NCBI GenBank assembly: GCA_003279635.1
Contig: QCHK01000001.1
Coordinates: 5,697-69,696, forward strand
Length of the DNA: 64,000 nucleotides
Source of the DNA: Prochlorococcus sp. AG-402-B05
Lineage (GTDB): Bacteria > Cyanobacteriota > Cyanobacteriia > PCC-6307 > Cyanobiaceae
Direction: 5' to 3'
Made by a program: the position numbers and the translations under genes. Under the pieces are notes generated by a model that ran no database searches, was not told where the DNA came from, and saw only the letters and a list, made by a program, of their open reading frames with translations. Shown here piece after piece: positions 35,862 to 46,722 of the stretch (position 1 is the first letter of the stretch; each line of letters begins with the position of its first letter).

Positions 35862-37036
35862 TGAAGTTATTAATCAGCACTGGTGAAGTCTCTGGAGACT
35901 TGCAGGGAAGTTTATTGATAAATGCTTTAAAGACTAATGCCGAAAAAAGGAAAATTGAATTAGAGATAATTGCTTTAGGCGGTGAGAGGATGAAAGAAGC
36001 AGGAGCTAAATTAATATCTAATACTTCTTCAATAGGTGCGATTGGTTTTTTAGAAGCTCTTCCTTACGTTCTACCAACTTTAAATGCACAATCAAAAATT
36101 GACAATTACTTAAGTTCTTCCCCACCTGATGTAGTTGTTTTAATAGATTATATGGGGCCAAATATTCGACTAGGGTTAAAAGTAAAAAAAAAGTTCCCTA
36201 ATATTCCAATAATCTATTATATTGCGCCTCAGGAATGGGCATGGAGATTAGGTGATTCGGGTACAACAGATTTGATTAGTTTTACAGATAAAATATTAGC
36301 TATCTTTGAAGAGGAGGCTATTTTTTATTCAAACAAGGGAGGAAATGTAAAGTTTGTAGGTCATCCAATGTTGGATTTCTATAGAAATATTCCTACTAGA
36401 GAAGAATCTTTGAAAAGGATAGGATTAAACTCGGATCAGAAACTTCTTCTTATTATCCCGGCTTCTCGAAACCAAGAACTTAAATATATTTTACCCACGT
36501 TACTAAAAGCAGCTAAGCTTCTTCAGGAAAAAGATCCTTCTATTACTGTTCTAATACCATCGGGATTAAATGAATTTGATGAACTATTAAATAATTCATT
36601 AAAAGAATATGCTCTTTCTGGAAGGATTATTTTGTCGAATGAAGTTGATGATTTAAAACCATTTCTATTTTCAGCGGCTAATCTCGCTTTAGCCAAGTCT
36701 GGGACGATAAATTTGGAATTGGCTCTAAACTCAGTTCCGCAAATCGTCGGATATAAAGTAAGTCGAGTTACTGCTTTCTTCGCAAGATATTTATTAAGAT
36801 TTAATGTTAAATATATTTCTCCAGTTAATCTTCTTTTAAATAAAATGTTAATACCAGAGTTTATACAAGAGGATTTTAAAGCTGATAAAATCTTTGATGC
36901 AGCATTGAAAATCCTTGAAAATAATTCTACAAAGGAGGACATAAAGCAGGGTTATGAAAGATTGAAAGATAAATTAGGAAAACCTGGAGTTACAGATAGA
37001 GCATCAAACGATATTCTGGACTTATTAGTTAAATGA
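35861..37036 (+). CDS. lpxB: Lipid-A-disaccharide synthase
   Basis: N-terminal ISTGEVSGDLQGS. 391 aa. ATG overlaps the lpxA stop (TAATG). Confidence 0.9.
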   Translation: MKLLISTGEVSGDLQGSLLINALKTNAEKRKIELEIIALGGERMKEAGAKLISNTSSIGAIGFLEALPYVLPTLNAQSKIDNYLSSSPPDVVVLIDYMGPNIRLGLKVKKKFPNIPIIYYIAPQEWAWRLGDSGTTDLISFTDKILAIFEEEAIFYSNKGGNVKFVGHPMLDFYRNIPTREESLKRIGLNSDQKLLLIIPASRNQELKYILPTLLKAAKLLQEKDPSITVLIPSGLNEFDELLNNSLKEYALSGRIILSNEVDDLKPFLFSAANLALAKSGTINLELALNSVPQIVGYKVSRVTAFFARYLLRFNVKYISPVNLLLNKMLIPEFIQEDFKADKIFDAALKILENNSTKEDIKQGYERLKDKLGKPGVTDRASNDILDLLVK

Positions 37037-37641
37037 TTGCTATGAATAAAATCTTCAGAAGACTAATAGTATTTTCTATTTTTCTGCAATTATTAATAGC
37101 TTGCCCTATGCAAGCATTTGCCGAATCAGAAGAAGCTATTTTTGCAGGTGGTTGCTTTTGGTGCCTAGAACATGATCTGGAAAAGCTTGATGGAGTCGTC
37201 TCTGCAGAAAGTGGATACTCCGGAGGCGATTTGATTAACCCCACATATCAAGATCATAGCGGGCATCAAGAAGTTGTGAAAGTTATTTTTGATTCTGATG
37301 TTATTAACTATAAAGATTTACTTAAGCAGTATTGGGTTAATATTGATCCTTTTGATAATAAGGGACAATTTTGTGATAGAGGTGATTCATATAAGCCAGT
37401 TATTTTTACATCTAATCAAGAACAAAAGCGTGATGCAAAAGAGAGTCAAGAAACTATATCTGTTGGATTGAATATACCCTTGGAGAAATTAAAGGTTGAT
37501 ATCGTTGAGTCAAAAGTCTTTTGGTTAGCAGAGAACTATCATCAAGATTTTGCAGTTAAAAATCCACTCAAATACAATTTTTATAGAACTAGTTGTGGTA
37601 GAGATAATAGATTAAAAAAAGTCTGGGGCGAATATAAGTAA
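37033..37641 (+). CDS. msrA: Peptide-methionine (S)-S-oxide reductase with signal peptide
   Basis: Catalytic GGCFWC preceded by FLQLLIACPMQAFA. ATGA overlap with the lpxB stop. Confidence 0.9.
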   Translation: MIAMNKIFRRLIVFSIFLQLLIACPMQAFAESEEAIFAGGCFWCLEHDLEKLDGVVSAESGYSGGDLINPTYQDHSGHQEVVKVIFDSDVINYKDLLKQYWVNIDPFDNKGQFCDRGDSYKPVIFTSNQEQKRDAKESQETISVGLNIPLEKLKVDIVESKVFWLAENYHQDFAVKNPLKYNFYRTSCGRDNRLKKVWGEYK

Positions 37642-37701
37642 TAATAAAATAATTAATCTATATATTTAAAATTTATAGATTTTAGATTATTTGTGAATAT
37701 A

Positions 37702-39189
37702 TTAATTGGTGTCTAGACTCAATTCCTTGATCCAATTAACTAACGTTCTAACTCCATAACCAGTTGCACCCTTTGGAGTTATATCTCTATCTTTTTCTGT
37801 CCAACATGTACCTGCAATATCAATGTGCGCCCATGGAATGCTTGAATTCACAAATTCTTTGAGAAACAAGGCAGCAGTAATTGACCCGCCTGGCCTAGGC
37901 CCTGTGTTTTGCAAATCAGCAATAGTAGATTTAATTCCAGATTTATATGAATCTTGCATTGGCATTCTCCAAATACCCTCTCCGGCTTTACCCGCAGCTT
38001 TCGTTAATTGCTCAGAAAGCTGATCATTGTCAGTCCATAAACCTGCTATTTCATCTCCTAATGCAATGACACAAGCCCCAGTAAGAGTGGCTAGATCTAC
38101 AATAGCGTCAGGCTTTAGTTTGCATGCATAAACCAAAGCATCAGCTAAAGTTAATCTTCCTTCTGCATCGGTATTGTTTACTTCAATGGTTTTCCCATTC
38201 GAAGCTTTGATGATATCTCCAGGATGTAATGCAGAACCGTTAATCATATTTTCGCAAGCAGCAACAATAAAATGAACCTCGATGTTATTTGGTTTTAATT
38301 CTGCGATAGCTCTGGCTGCTCCGAGAACAGAAGCACTCCCTCCCATGTCGTACTTCATTTTTTCAATTTGAGAGGCACCTACTTTTAAGTTGTATCCACC
38401 AGAGTCAAAAGTTAAGCCTTTGCCAATTAATACGACTTTGTTTTTTGCATTTTTTGGAGAATATTTTAAATGTATAAAATTAGGATCTAGATCTGATCCT
38501 TTAGCAACTGCTAAGTAAGCTCCCATTCCTTGATTTTCACATTCTTTTCTATCTAGAACTTTCAAATTAAGATCATAATCATTGGCTAACTTTTCAGCCT
38601 CTTTCGACATTTGATATGGAGTAAGAAAATTGGGAGGAGCTGAAACAAGTTCTCTTGCAAATTTAACTCCTTCGCAGATTGGATTTATTTCATCAATGGC
38701 TGATTTAGTGGTTTTGATGTCCAAACCTATCAATTCAACTTCATCTATTGGAGTAGGTTCTTTTGGCTCTGATTTGAATCTAAAATCTTTAATAGATGAC
38801 AATCGAACGGCCTCGCCAACTGCGCATGCAGCGGAGGAAGGGTCAAATGCATCCCAAGGGAAAAATATTCCTAACTTTTTTTCATAGCCTGAAACTTGAC
38901 GAGTGCCAATTGAAGCTGCTTTCCGCAGATCATCAATTCTAAGAGTATCGGCCTTGCCTAAGCCTAAAAAAATTACTTTTTTAATTTTGCCTTCTATGAG
39001 TTCAATTGATAATTTCTGATTTTTTTTGCCTTTGAATTTTGAATCAATAAACCTTTGGCTCAAAAAAGTATCTTTTATTATTGTCTTAAATAAATTAATT
39101 TGACTTTCGAGTGCTTCTTCCAAAATCCCAGCAATAAGAACTGAACCTGACCATTCGTTAATTTCTTTGGAAACTGCTGTAATTTGCAT
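37702..39189 (-). CDS. pepA: Leucyl aminopeptidase (M17)
   Basis: NTDAEGRL and VLIGKGLTFDSGGY motifs. Confidence 0.9.
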   Translation of the reverse strand: MQITAVSKEINEWSGSVLIAGILEEALESQINLFKTIIKDTFLSQRFIDSKFKGKKNQKLSIELIEGKIKKVIFLGLGKADTLRIDDLRKAASIGTRQVSGYEKKLGIFFPWDAFDPSSAACAVGEAVRLSSIKDFRFKSEPKEPTPIDEVELIGLDIKTTKSAIDEINPICEGVKFARELVSAPPNFLTPYQMSKEAEKLANDYDLNLKVLDRKECENQGMGAYLAVAKGSDLDPNFIHLKYSPKNAKNKVVLIGKGLTFDSGGYNLKVGASQIEKMKYDMGGSASVLGAARAIAELKPNNIEVHFIVAACENMINGSALHPGDIIKASNGKTIEVNNTDAEGRLTLADALVYACKLKPDAIVDLATLTGACVIALGDEIAGLWTDNDQLSEQLTKAAGKAGEGIWRMPMQDSYKSGIKSTIADLQNTGPRPGGSITAALFLKEFVNSSIPWAHIDIAGTCWTEKDRDITPKGATGYGVRTLVNWIKELSLDTN

Positions 39190-39227
39190 TTAATTTTTAT
39201 ACTTGTATGTATGATAACAATTTTTTA

Positions 39228-39827
39228 CTAATTGATTTGAGAAGTAAATGGCGTTGCCCATATTTCTCTTGTCTCTTTATTAAATGGTGGAAGCCAAGTT
39301 TGGATAAGCTTTTGTTCTAATTTTCTTCTCTCCTTGGTTTTAATTGGAACATCAAGCCAAAAACGAATGCTTAACTTGGTTGTCATATTTGCTTTATATA
39401 GAGAATCTGAATAACTTGAAAGATAATTCTTACAGTCATGTTCCCCTTTCCACCTTTTTTCTGCAGAAACTGTTTCTCCAATATATAAAATTATATTTTC
39501 ACCAGAATCAATAATTTTATCCATTACAAAATAAACTGCAGGTCCCTCATGCATTGCTTTTGGCCACCTCCAAAAACTTAAAGGTAAAGGAGTAAGCTCA
39601 ATTGGATTGAAAGATGAATTTAACTCATCTGAACTAGATTCAAATAGTGAAAATTGATTTACATCTATATGGCCGGATTTAAAAATGGGAGATTGATGAG
39701 TAATGATTTTTACTTGCCATTCCTTAATTATTTTTTTGTCAATAAATACATCTTGAAGAGTACCTTTGCCTGGAAAATTTAAATTATTATTGTTAAACAA
39801 ATCACATTGACGAATTAATTTTTTCAT
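39228..39827 (-). CDS. Hypothetical protein with a GIY-YIG-like C-terminal half
   Basis: AVYFV-x12-LYIGET-x5-KRW..EH ... LEQKLI...PPFNKE follows the GIY / YIG / R / E / N order of GIY-YIG nucleases. ATG at 39827 preferred. Confidence 0.55.
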   Translation of the reverse strand: MKKLIRQCDLFNNNNLNFPGKGTLQDVFIDKKIIKEWQVKIITHQSPIFKSGHIDVNQFSLFESSSDELNSSFNPIELTPLPLSFWRWPKAMHEGPAVYFVMDKIIDSGENIILYIGETVSAEKRWKGEHDCKNYLSSYSDSLYKANMTTKLSIRFWLDVPIKTKERRKLEQKLIQTWLPPFNKETREIWATPFTSQIN

Positions 39828-40144
39828 TTTAAAAAGGTTAAAATAAAAAATGATATTCAATTAATATTTTTATCATGATATAACTGGGATTTTCTATTAT
39901 ATGGAGTGAGAACAATTTGAGCTTAGCTTGTAAAGTTCAGATAAAAAGTGTTTTTCTTCATTAGTAAGTTTTTATGTTATTTGAATAAGAATTATATTTT
40001 TTTGGTGGTGTGGCTATTTACACTTCCAAAACAAATGCTTTTAGGTTGGAATGGCCTAAAATGAATAGTAGATTTAAGTGTTACAATCAGTGGTAGTCTT
40101 TGAATTAAAATCGAGCAATTGTTCTATCAGCTTGGGTTAAGGAT

Positions 40145-40462
40145 ATGAGTTTTTTTGAGTCCGAAATTGTTCAAGAAGAGGCAAAAAAACTTTTCACTGA
40201 TTATCAGAATCTGATGCAATTAGGCTCTGATTATGGGAAATTTGATAGAGAGGGGAAAGTAATGTTTATTGATACCATGGAAAATTTAATGGAAAGGTAT
40301 AAAGTTTTTATGAAACGATTTGAACTTTCAGAAGATTTTCAGGCAAAAATGACAGTAGAGCAATTAAAGACTCAGTTGAGTCAATTTGGGATTACTCCTG
40401 ATCAAATGTTTGATCAAATGAATAAAACTTTGGTGAGAATGAAATCAGAATTGGATAAATGA
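40145..40462 (+). CDS. 105-aa conserved hypothetical helical protein (possibly DUF1825)
   Basis: Track ORF with a clean ATG start. The family name is from memory only. Confidence 0.6.
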   Translation: MSFFESEIVQEEAKKLFTDYQNLMQLGSDYGKFDREGKVMFIDTMENLMERYKVFMKRFELSEDFQAKMTVEQLKTQLSQFGITPDQMFDQMNKTLVRMKSELDK

Positions 40463-40488
40463 TTTTTAACCTTTTTAATGCTTAGACT

Positions 40489-41736
40489 ATGTTAGATAAA
40501 ATCAATGCATTACCGGATTGGATCTCTAGAGGTTTAGATGATCTTTTCCCTAATGATAATTCAGGAGATTCAGATCAAAGCTTTCTAAAAAGATTAGAAC
40601 TTTCATCTGTAGATAAAAAACCTTTACGCGTAAAACTTGGAATTGATCCAACAGGAACTGATATTCATATAGGTCATAGCATTCTATTTAGAAAATTGAG
40701 AGCTTTCCAAGATGCTGGACATACGGCAATACTTATAATCGGAGATTTCACAGCAAGGATTGGAGACCCAACTGGAAAGAGTAAAACTAGAATTCAGCTT
40801 TCAAAAGATGAGGTTGAATCAAATGCATTAAATTACCTTGAGCAATTAGGATTAGGTAAAGAACCTAAAGATTCATTACTTGATTTTTCAACTCCTAGTC
40901 GCATAGAAATCAGAAGAAATAGTGAGTGGCTTGAAAATCTTAATTTGTCTAAAGTTATAGAACTTTTATCAAATTCAACAGTTGGTCAAATGCTGGCTAA
41001 GGAAGACTTTAGTAATCGATATAAATCTGGCACTCCTATATCTCTTCATGAATTTCTCTATCCGCTTCTTCAAGGATATGATTCAGTTGCAATCAATTCT
41101 GATGTGGAACTTGGTGGTACAGATCAAAAATTTAATATTGCTATGGGACGAGATCTACAAAGAGCTTTTGGACAGAAACCCCAATTTGGAATGCTATTAC
41201 CTATTTTAGTTGGATTAGATGGGACACGAAAAATGAGTAAAAGCTTAGACAATTTTGTAGGAATAAATGAAGATTCATTATCTATGTATTCAAAATTAGA
41301 AAAGGTTCCAGATGATTTGGTTCTTACATATTTAAATTTACTAACTAATGAAAACTTAAAAGAATTAAGTTCAAACCCAAGAGAGGTTCAAAAATTCATG
41401 GCTTTAAAAATAACATCTAATTTTAAAGGAATTGAGGCAGCCCAAAATGCTCAATTTAATTCTGAAAAATTAGTTTTAGGTACTAAAGATTCTCTTGAGG
41501 AGATACCAGAAGCATCAGCTTCTAATGTAAATTTTCCAGCTAAAGCATTTTATTTATTTAGTAAGATGGAAATGTGTTCAAGTAGCAGTGAAGCAAGAAG
41601 ACAAATTCTTGGAGGAGGAGTGAGAATTGATGGAAAAAAAATTATGGATCCTAATTTAGAATTTCAAACTCCAGATGATCTCATAGGAAAAATATTACAA
41701 GTAGGAAAGAAAAAATTTCTTCGTGTTTCAACTTGA
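40489..41736 (+). CDS. tyrS: Tyrosine--tRNA ligase
   Basis: HIGH motif (DIHIGHS), KMSKS (RKMSKSL), and a C-terminal S4 domain. Confidence 0.9.
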   Translation: MLDKINALPDWISRGLDDLFPNDNSGDSDQSFLKRLELSSVDKKPLRVKLGIDPTGTDIHIGHSILFRKLRAFQDAGHTAILIIGDFTARIGDPTGKSKTRIQLSKDEVESNALNYLEQLGLGKEPKDSLLDFSTPSRIEIRRNSEWLENLNLSKVIELLSNSTVGQMLAKEDFSNRYKSGTPISLHEFLYPLLQGYDSVAINSDVELGGTDQKFNIAMGRDLQRAFGQKPQFGMLLPILVGLDGTRKMSKSLDNFVGINEDSLSMYSKLEKVPDDLVLTYLNLLTNENLKELSSNPREVQKFMALKITSNFKGIEAAQNAQFNSEKLVLGTKDSLEEIPEASASNVNFPAKAFYLFSKMEMCSSSSEARRQILGGGVRIDGKKIMDPNLEFQTPDDLIGKILQVGKKKFLRVST

Positions 41737-41745
41737 TAGATCGTT

Positions 41746-42471
41746 ATGAAAAATATTGATAATCCAAGTGAAAAAATAATTATTGCTTTAGATGGTATGG
41801 ATAAAGATGATGTTGTCAAGTTATTGGAAAAAATACCTGAAATTGTCTGGGTTAAAGTTGGACTCGAGTTGTTTGTTAGTGAAGGACCAGACATATTATC
41901 AATGTTAAGAGATAAGGGTAAAAAAATATTTTTAGATCTTAAGTTTCATGATATTCCTACAACAGTTGCTAGAGCATGTTTCGCCGCATCACAAACTGGT
42001 GCTGAATTTATTTCTTTGCATGCTTGCGCTGGGATGAAGGCTCTAAAGATGGCCAATGAAGCGGCACATGAAGGGGCCGCTAAAGTTAATATAATACCCC
42101 CAAAACTTTTGGGAATTACAATATTGACTAGTTGGACTCGTGAAAGTTTTTCTAATGATCTTCTAATTAATCAATCAATAGATCAACGTGTTAAGCACTT
42201 AGCAGAAATTGCGTCGAACTCTGGTTTAGGAGGATGTGTCTGTAGTCCTAAAGAGGTTCAATTTCTTCGTAAAGCTTATCCTGAGACTTTTGAGTTGATA
42301 ACGCCAGGAATTAGGTCATTAGGTTCAAATGTTAACGATCAATCTAGGGTCTCTGATGCATCCGAAGCTATTAAGATGGGAGCATCAAAGTTAGTTATAG
42401 GTAGAGCAATCACCCAATCAAATGATTCTGTTTATATGTTTAAAAGTTTTTGCGATAAGATTATTATTTAA
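41746..42471 (+). CDS. pyrF: Orotidine-5'-phosphate decarboxylase
   Basis: IIALD ... FLDLKFHDIP ... ITPGIR motifs. Confidence 0.9.
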   Translation: MKNIDNPSEKIIIALDGMDKDDVVKLLEKIPEIVWVKVGLELFVSEGPDILSMLRDKGKKIFLDLKFHDIPTTVARACFAASQTGAEFISLHACAGMKALKMANEAAHEGAAKVNIIPPKLLGITILTSWTRESFSNDLLINQSIDQRVKHLAEIASNSGLGGCVCSPKEVQFLRKAYPETFELITPGIRSLGSNVNDQSRVSDASEAIKMGASKLVIGRAITQSNDSVYMFKSFCDKIII

Positions 42472-42475
42472 TTTC

Positions 42476-43072
42476 TTAGAGCTTTCCGATTCTTGGCTCT
42501 TTACCCTTAATTAGTCTGACTATATTCTCTCTATGTCTCCAAATTACTAATATCATAGCTAATAGTGAAATAATTAAAAATGGTAAAGAAATATTTGAAT
42601 TACTAAAGCTTATAAACATTATTAAAGGTAGAGCTAATGCTGAGCTAATACTAGCAAGTGATACTATTCTAAATAATGTAATCATTATTATAAAAACACC
42701 TAAAGTGGCAAGTCCAACTTGCCATGAAAGTCCAAGAAATATTCCTAATCCTGTTGCTACAGCTTTACCACCTTTCCAATTAAGCCAGACAGGCCAAATG
42801 TGACCAATTAAAGTTGATAGACTTATAGCTACTTGCCAAAAATCATTTAGTAGGAAATATTTAGCTAATAAAATAGATAGAACTCCTTTGAATACATCTA
42901 GTAGAAAGACTGTAATTGCTGCACGCTTTCCTATATGTCTTAATACATTTGTTGCTCCTGTAGACCCAGAACCTAATGAACGAATATCAATTCCTTTAGC
43001 AATTCTTCCAGCTAGATAACCACTAGGAAAAGATCCAAATAAATATCCTAAAAATAGAATTAAAAGATTCAA
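42476..43072 (-). CDS. plsY: Glycerol-3-phosphate acyltransferase PlsY
   Basis: GSGSTGATNVLR and GGKAVATGLG motifs, with 5-6 TM helices. Confidence 0.9.
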   Translation of the reverse strand: MNLLILFLGYLFGSFPSGYLAGRIAKGIDIRSLGSGSTGATNVLRHIGKRAAITVFLLDVFKGVLSILLAKYFLLNDFWQVAISLSTLIGHIWPVWLNWKGGKAVATGLGIFLGLSWQVGLATLGVFIIMITLFRIVSLASISSALALPLIMFISFSNSNISLPFLIISLLAMILVIWRHRENIVRLIKGKEPRIGKL

Positions 43073-43092
43073 AATAATTTCAATTGGAATTT

Positions 43093-44121
43093 TTATATTA
43101 ATCCATCATCTTCATAAATTTCATTGGGACTTCCTGCAAAAGCAAGCCAAATAGGAAACTGAAGAATTGGAATTTCTACATTAATTTCAGCCGCATCAAT
43201 AATTATCAAAGGCAACTCACCTCTTTCTTCAAGTCGATCTGCTCTTTCAATTAGTCCATCGGAACGCTCGAAAAGAACTATTCCGCTATTTGGCCCGAAA
43301 TCCTCACGGGTAAGTCCTAATGAATCTTGGAGACATCTTCTCCATTCTCCCAGTCGCTCTGGTTGACTCGCTAAAACTAAAGTCTGAAATTGTTCGCCGT
43401 ATAATTCACCTAAAATTGCAATGATCGCTGCGGTAAGTAAAGCATTCTTTGATCTACTCCCTCTGCTTGGTTGAGCGCCTCTTCCACCCATACTGAAGAA
43501 CCAATCTTCAAGCATTTCAATATCAATTGATTCAAGACTCCTTCTAAGTTTCCAAGGCTCAGCATAGAAATCGGGTTGTTCTAGAAATTGACTAAAGCAG
43601 TTTCTGATTAAAGTCTCGTCAGGTTTGAATGTATCAGAAACAGCAGAGATAACTTCTTGCTCTTTAGAAGGCTCAATTTTTATATTCTCATCAAGTGGCG
43701 ATGGCTTAACTATTACTGGCGGAACAACAAGCTCTAGTTGCTCAGCTGAATGCGCTAGATCTTGTAATGCACCAGTTAAATATTCCTGAAAACCTTTAAC
43801 TTTTCTAGCTATTGAATCAGATTGGCCAGTGAATGAGCTTTTAAGTTCAGTTTCAATTTGTACTTTCTTTTGAGAAAGTTCATCTAACTCTTTCTCTAAC
43901 TTCTGACGTGAAAGCTGAAGATCTTTAAGCGCAATATCAATTAAAGGCTGTGTCTGCGCGCTAGAGGCTTTTTGATTGTTTTTAGCACTAATTACACTTT
44001 GTGAGTTGGTTTGCTTCTCGAGTGGTTTTTGAGATGTATTTTTTATTGAAGAAGAATTGTCCACAGAAATATTCTGTTTTGAATTTTGTTTCTCTCTAGA
44101 TAGATTTTCTTCGGATTCCAT
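43093..44121 (-). CDS. 342-aa conserved hypothetical protein (low-complexity N-terminus, coiled coil, conserved C-terminal domain)
   Basis: Track ORF. Heptad-like LQLSRQKLEKELDELSQKKVQIETELK. No function recognised. Confidence 0.65.
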   Translation of the reverse strand: MESEENLSREKQNSKQNISVDNSSSIKNTSQKPLEKQTNSQSVISAKNNQKASSAQTQPLIDIALKDLQLSRQKLEKELDELSQKKVQIETELKSSFTGQSDSIARKVKGFQEYLTGALQDLAHSAEQLELVVPPVIVKPSPLDENIKIEPSKEQEVISAVSDTFKPDETLIRNCFSQFLEQPDFYAEPWKLRRSLESIDIEMLEDWFFSMGGRGAQPSRGSRSKNALLTAAIIAILGELYGEQFQTLVLASQPERLGEWRRCLQDSLGLTREDFGPNSGIVLFERSDGLIERADRLEERGELPLIIIDAAEINVEIPILQFPIWLAFAGSPNEIYEDDGLI

Positions 44122-44152
44122 ATTTCAAAAACTTCAATTAAGTTTTAGATTT

Positions 44153-44566
44153 TTATGAGTCTACTTCTTTTTGTATTTCTAAATCCTTGACCCTTAACCT
44201 TAGCTGTTCTTCTAATGAGTTGACCTCAAAAAGTATAGGCAATAGATGAGGGCTTGCTTCTTCTCTAAAATAAAGAAAACCTGGCAATTTAGGTAATATA
44301 ATTCTCCATGCTATCCAATTTTTAAATGGAAATCTTCTTAATTCATTCCCAAGTTGCATGACAATTAAATCGTCCTTGGTAAATTTTAGTTTTAAGGTAA
44401 ATGATTGCAGTAATAGGAAAAATCCAAAACTGCTGATTACAATAGTTGGCCAAGGATGAAATGGTGTTATTAAGAATAATAAACCAACCAATATTATGAA
44501 GATGGGTAAACGATAAGAAGGCGATAAAATCACACTATCGTTATCAACAAGATTTTCAGAAGTCAT
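44153..44566 (-). CDS. 137-aa hypothetical membrane protein
   Basis: Track ORF with two adjacent TM helices near the N-terminus. Confidence 0.6.
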   Translation of the reverse strand: MTSENLVDNDSVILSPSYRLPIFIILVGLLFLITPFHPWPTIVISSFGFFLLLQSFTLKLKFTKDDLIVMQLGNELRRFPFKNWIAWRIILPKLPGFLYFREEASPHLLPILFEVNSLEEQLRLRVKDLEIQKEVDS

Positions 44567-44572
44567 GGGTTA

Positions 44573-45322
44573 TTAGCCAAAAAGAACTTGGGTGAGTAAA
44601 ACATCTACTAAAGAAACGGTTATTAGAGTCATTACTACTGCTCCAGTAGTACTTGAACCTACTTCTTTTGGCCCGCCTCTTGTGGTTAATCCCCATCCGC
44701 AAGCAATAATTGCGATTAAGAGACCAAACACTAATGCTTTAACAAGCATAAAAGGAAGATCAGATGTTATCAGCCATTCCCTAACTGAATTCCAAAAGAT
44801 GGTTGGTGGGATTTGATAGAGAATAGTACTGCTAAATTGACCACTAAATAAAGCGATAGAAAAAAATAGTAAGCATTGAATTGGCGCCATTACAACCATT
44901 GCGCATAGCCTTGGAACAACTAGATATTCAACGGGATCTGTTTGTAACATTGTAATAGCATCTATTTGCTCAGTAACTTTCATTGTTCCTATTTGAGCAG
45001 CATAAGCAGTTGCAACTTTTCCAGTAAGAAGAGTTGCTGTAAGTAAAGGAGCTATCTCTCTTGCCATACCAATTGCCAAAAGTCCTCCAACTGCAGAACC
45101 TAACCCTTGTTTACTTAATTCTGCTGCGACTTGAATATTGAAAACAGTTCCTGCTGCAATGCCTGTTATTAAGACGATGAGGAAGCTTCCTGGTCCTGCC
45201 TCCATTAATTGATCTATTAAATCTGATTTATTGATATTCCCTTTGGCGATTGATGCAATTGCTTGCCCTCCAATTAAAATACTGCTAAAAAATCTTCTTA
45301 GCCAACGAGGTGAGTAGTTCAT
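44573..45322 (-). CDS. mlaE: MlaE/YrbE-family ABC transporter permease
   Basis: 249 aa. The layout and GGLLAIGMAREIAPLLTA segment are typical of MlaE/TGD1 permeases. Confidence 0.85.
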   Translation of the reverse strand: MNYSPRWLRRFFSSILIGGQAIASIAKGNINKSDLIDQLMEAGPGSFLIVLITGIAAGTVFNIQVAAELSKQGLGSAVGGLLAIGMAREIAPLLTATLLTGKVATAYAAQIGTMKVTEQIDAITMLQTDPVEYLVVPRLCAMVVMAPIQCLLFFSIALFSGQFSSTILYQIPPTIFWNSVREWLITSDLPFMLVKALVFGLLIAIIACGWGLTTRGGPKEVGSSTTGAVVMTLITVSLVDVLLTQVLFG

Positions 45323-46722
45323 TAACTTAATCTTCTAGATTTGAAATCTAAACTTCGCCAAGGTTTCATAGCTATTAATCCAGCAATTACTAGTAAAGAA
45401 GGTATTAATCCCATGCACAATCTAATGGTAATAATTGCTGTTAGAGGTTGATCTAAGTCTTCAAGACTTGATAAGCAATTAGTGGATGACTTATATCCTG
45501 ATAAAGATAAAAGAACTCCTAGAAATTGAACGCTTAAACCAATACCTATTTTCTGAGTGAAAACCATCCATGCTGTATATATTCCTGAAGGCTTTTCGGG
45601 ATCTTGATCAATAGCATCAGGTAGTAAAGACCAAGGAATAAGATATGCTGTTGAAGCTCCAAACCCTACTAAAATAATTATTAATAAAAGAATCAACAGC
45701 TTTATACCTTCAATATTGCTAAAGGATAATAAAGAATTGATACTGACTCCTTTAGATATTGGGGGCATAAATATAACTAAAAGGCAGGCTAATACCCATA
45801 TTCTTCCACCCTTGAATAGTGCTGATATTCTTCCATATTTATTAGAGTAAAAGCTCCAAAACTGTAGACCTAATAGAGTGCTAATTTGAAATGGTATAGG
45901 GATCCATTTTGAAATTTCTATTGGAACAAGCATTACTTGCTCAAGATAGATTAAGGAGACAGTTTGCATTAATTGCAGTCCGCACCAAAGCAGCAAGTAA
46001 AGAGCAATAATTCGTGTGAAAAGTTTATTATTTAAAACTCTTTTTAGTTGCTGATTAAAAGGTTCTGATTGAGAAGTTGGCTTTCTGGCTTTTTTAGCAA
46101 ATGGGGCTAGTCCCCAGCAAGCAATTAATGTGGTAAAAGTAGCAATAATTCCTGTTACTCTTCCCATTGAAGTATAACCTTCTACTCCTTGAGATAAGAA
46201 GCCTGCAGCCACTATTAATCCAGTGGTCCCAGCTATAATAGATCCAGTGAATCTTGCAGCATTTAGTCTTGTTCTAATAGCTATATTTTCAGTTAGCTCA
46301 GTAGATAATGCTGCAAAAGGTAGATTTACAGCTGTATAAGCTGTCATCAACAAAATTGCTGCGAATACGTAATATGTTGTTTTCGCATCTATATCTCCTG
46401 GAGGGACCCACCACATTGCTGCAAGGAATAAACCAAGTGGAACAGCACCTCCTATCATCCATGGAAGCCTTGGCCCCCATCTTGATCTGGTGCGATCACT
46501 CATCCATCCAATTAGAGGATCATTTATCGCATCCCAAAGCTTTGAAACCATGAGAAGCGAGCCTGCAATAAATGCAGGAATTCCTGCAGCACAAGTAAAA
46601 AAAAGAAATAGATAAGTACCTAACTGTATTGCAGCTAATCCCGTTCCAGCATCTCCCATTGCATAAGAGATCATTAGTCTTGTGCGAGTATTTCCTTCGT
46701 AAAGCGATGTGGAATTAGTCAC
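45322..46722 (-). CDS. GPH-family (glycoside-pentoside-hexuronide) cation symporter / MFS transporter
   Basis: DAINDPLIGWMSDRT motif and 12 TM helices. GTG start. The stop overlaps the mlaE ATG (TAATG). Confidence 0.85.
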   Translation of the reverse strand: MTNSTSLYEGNTRTRLMISYAMGDAGTGLAAIQLGTYLFLFFTCAAGIPAFIAGSLLMVSKLWDAINDPLIGWMSDRTRSRWGPRLPWMIGGAVPLGLFLAAMWWVPPGDIDAKTTYYVFAAILLMTAYTAVNLPFAALSTELTENIAIRTRLNAARFTGSIIAGTTGLIVAAGFLSQGVEGYTSMGRVTGIIATFTTLIACWGLAPFAKKARKPTSQSEPFNQQLKRVLNNKLFTRIIALYLLLWCGLQLMQTVSLIYLEQVMLVPIEISKWIPIPFQISTLLGLQFWSFYSNKYGRISALFKGGRIWVLACLLVIFMPPISKGVSINSLLSFSNIEGIKLLILLLIIILVGFGASTAYLIPWSLLPDAIDQDPEKPSGIYTAWMVFTQKIGIGLSVQFLGVLLSLSGYKSSTNCLSSLEDLDQPLTAIITIRLCMGLIPSLLVIAGLIAMKPWRSLDFKSRRLS

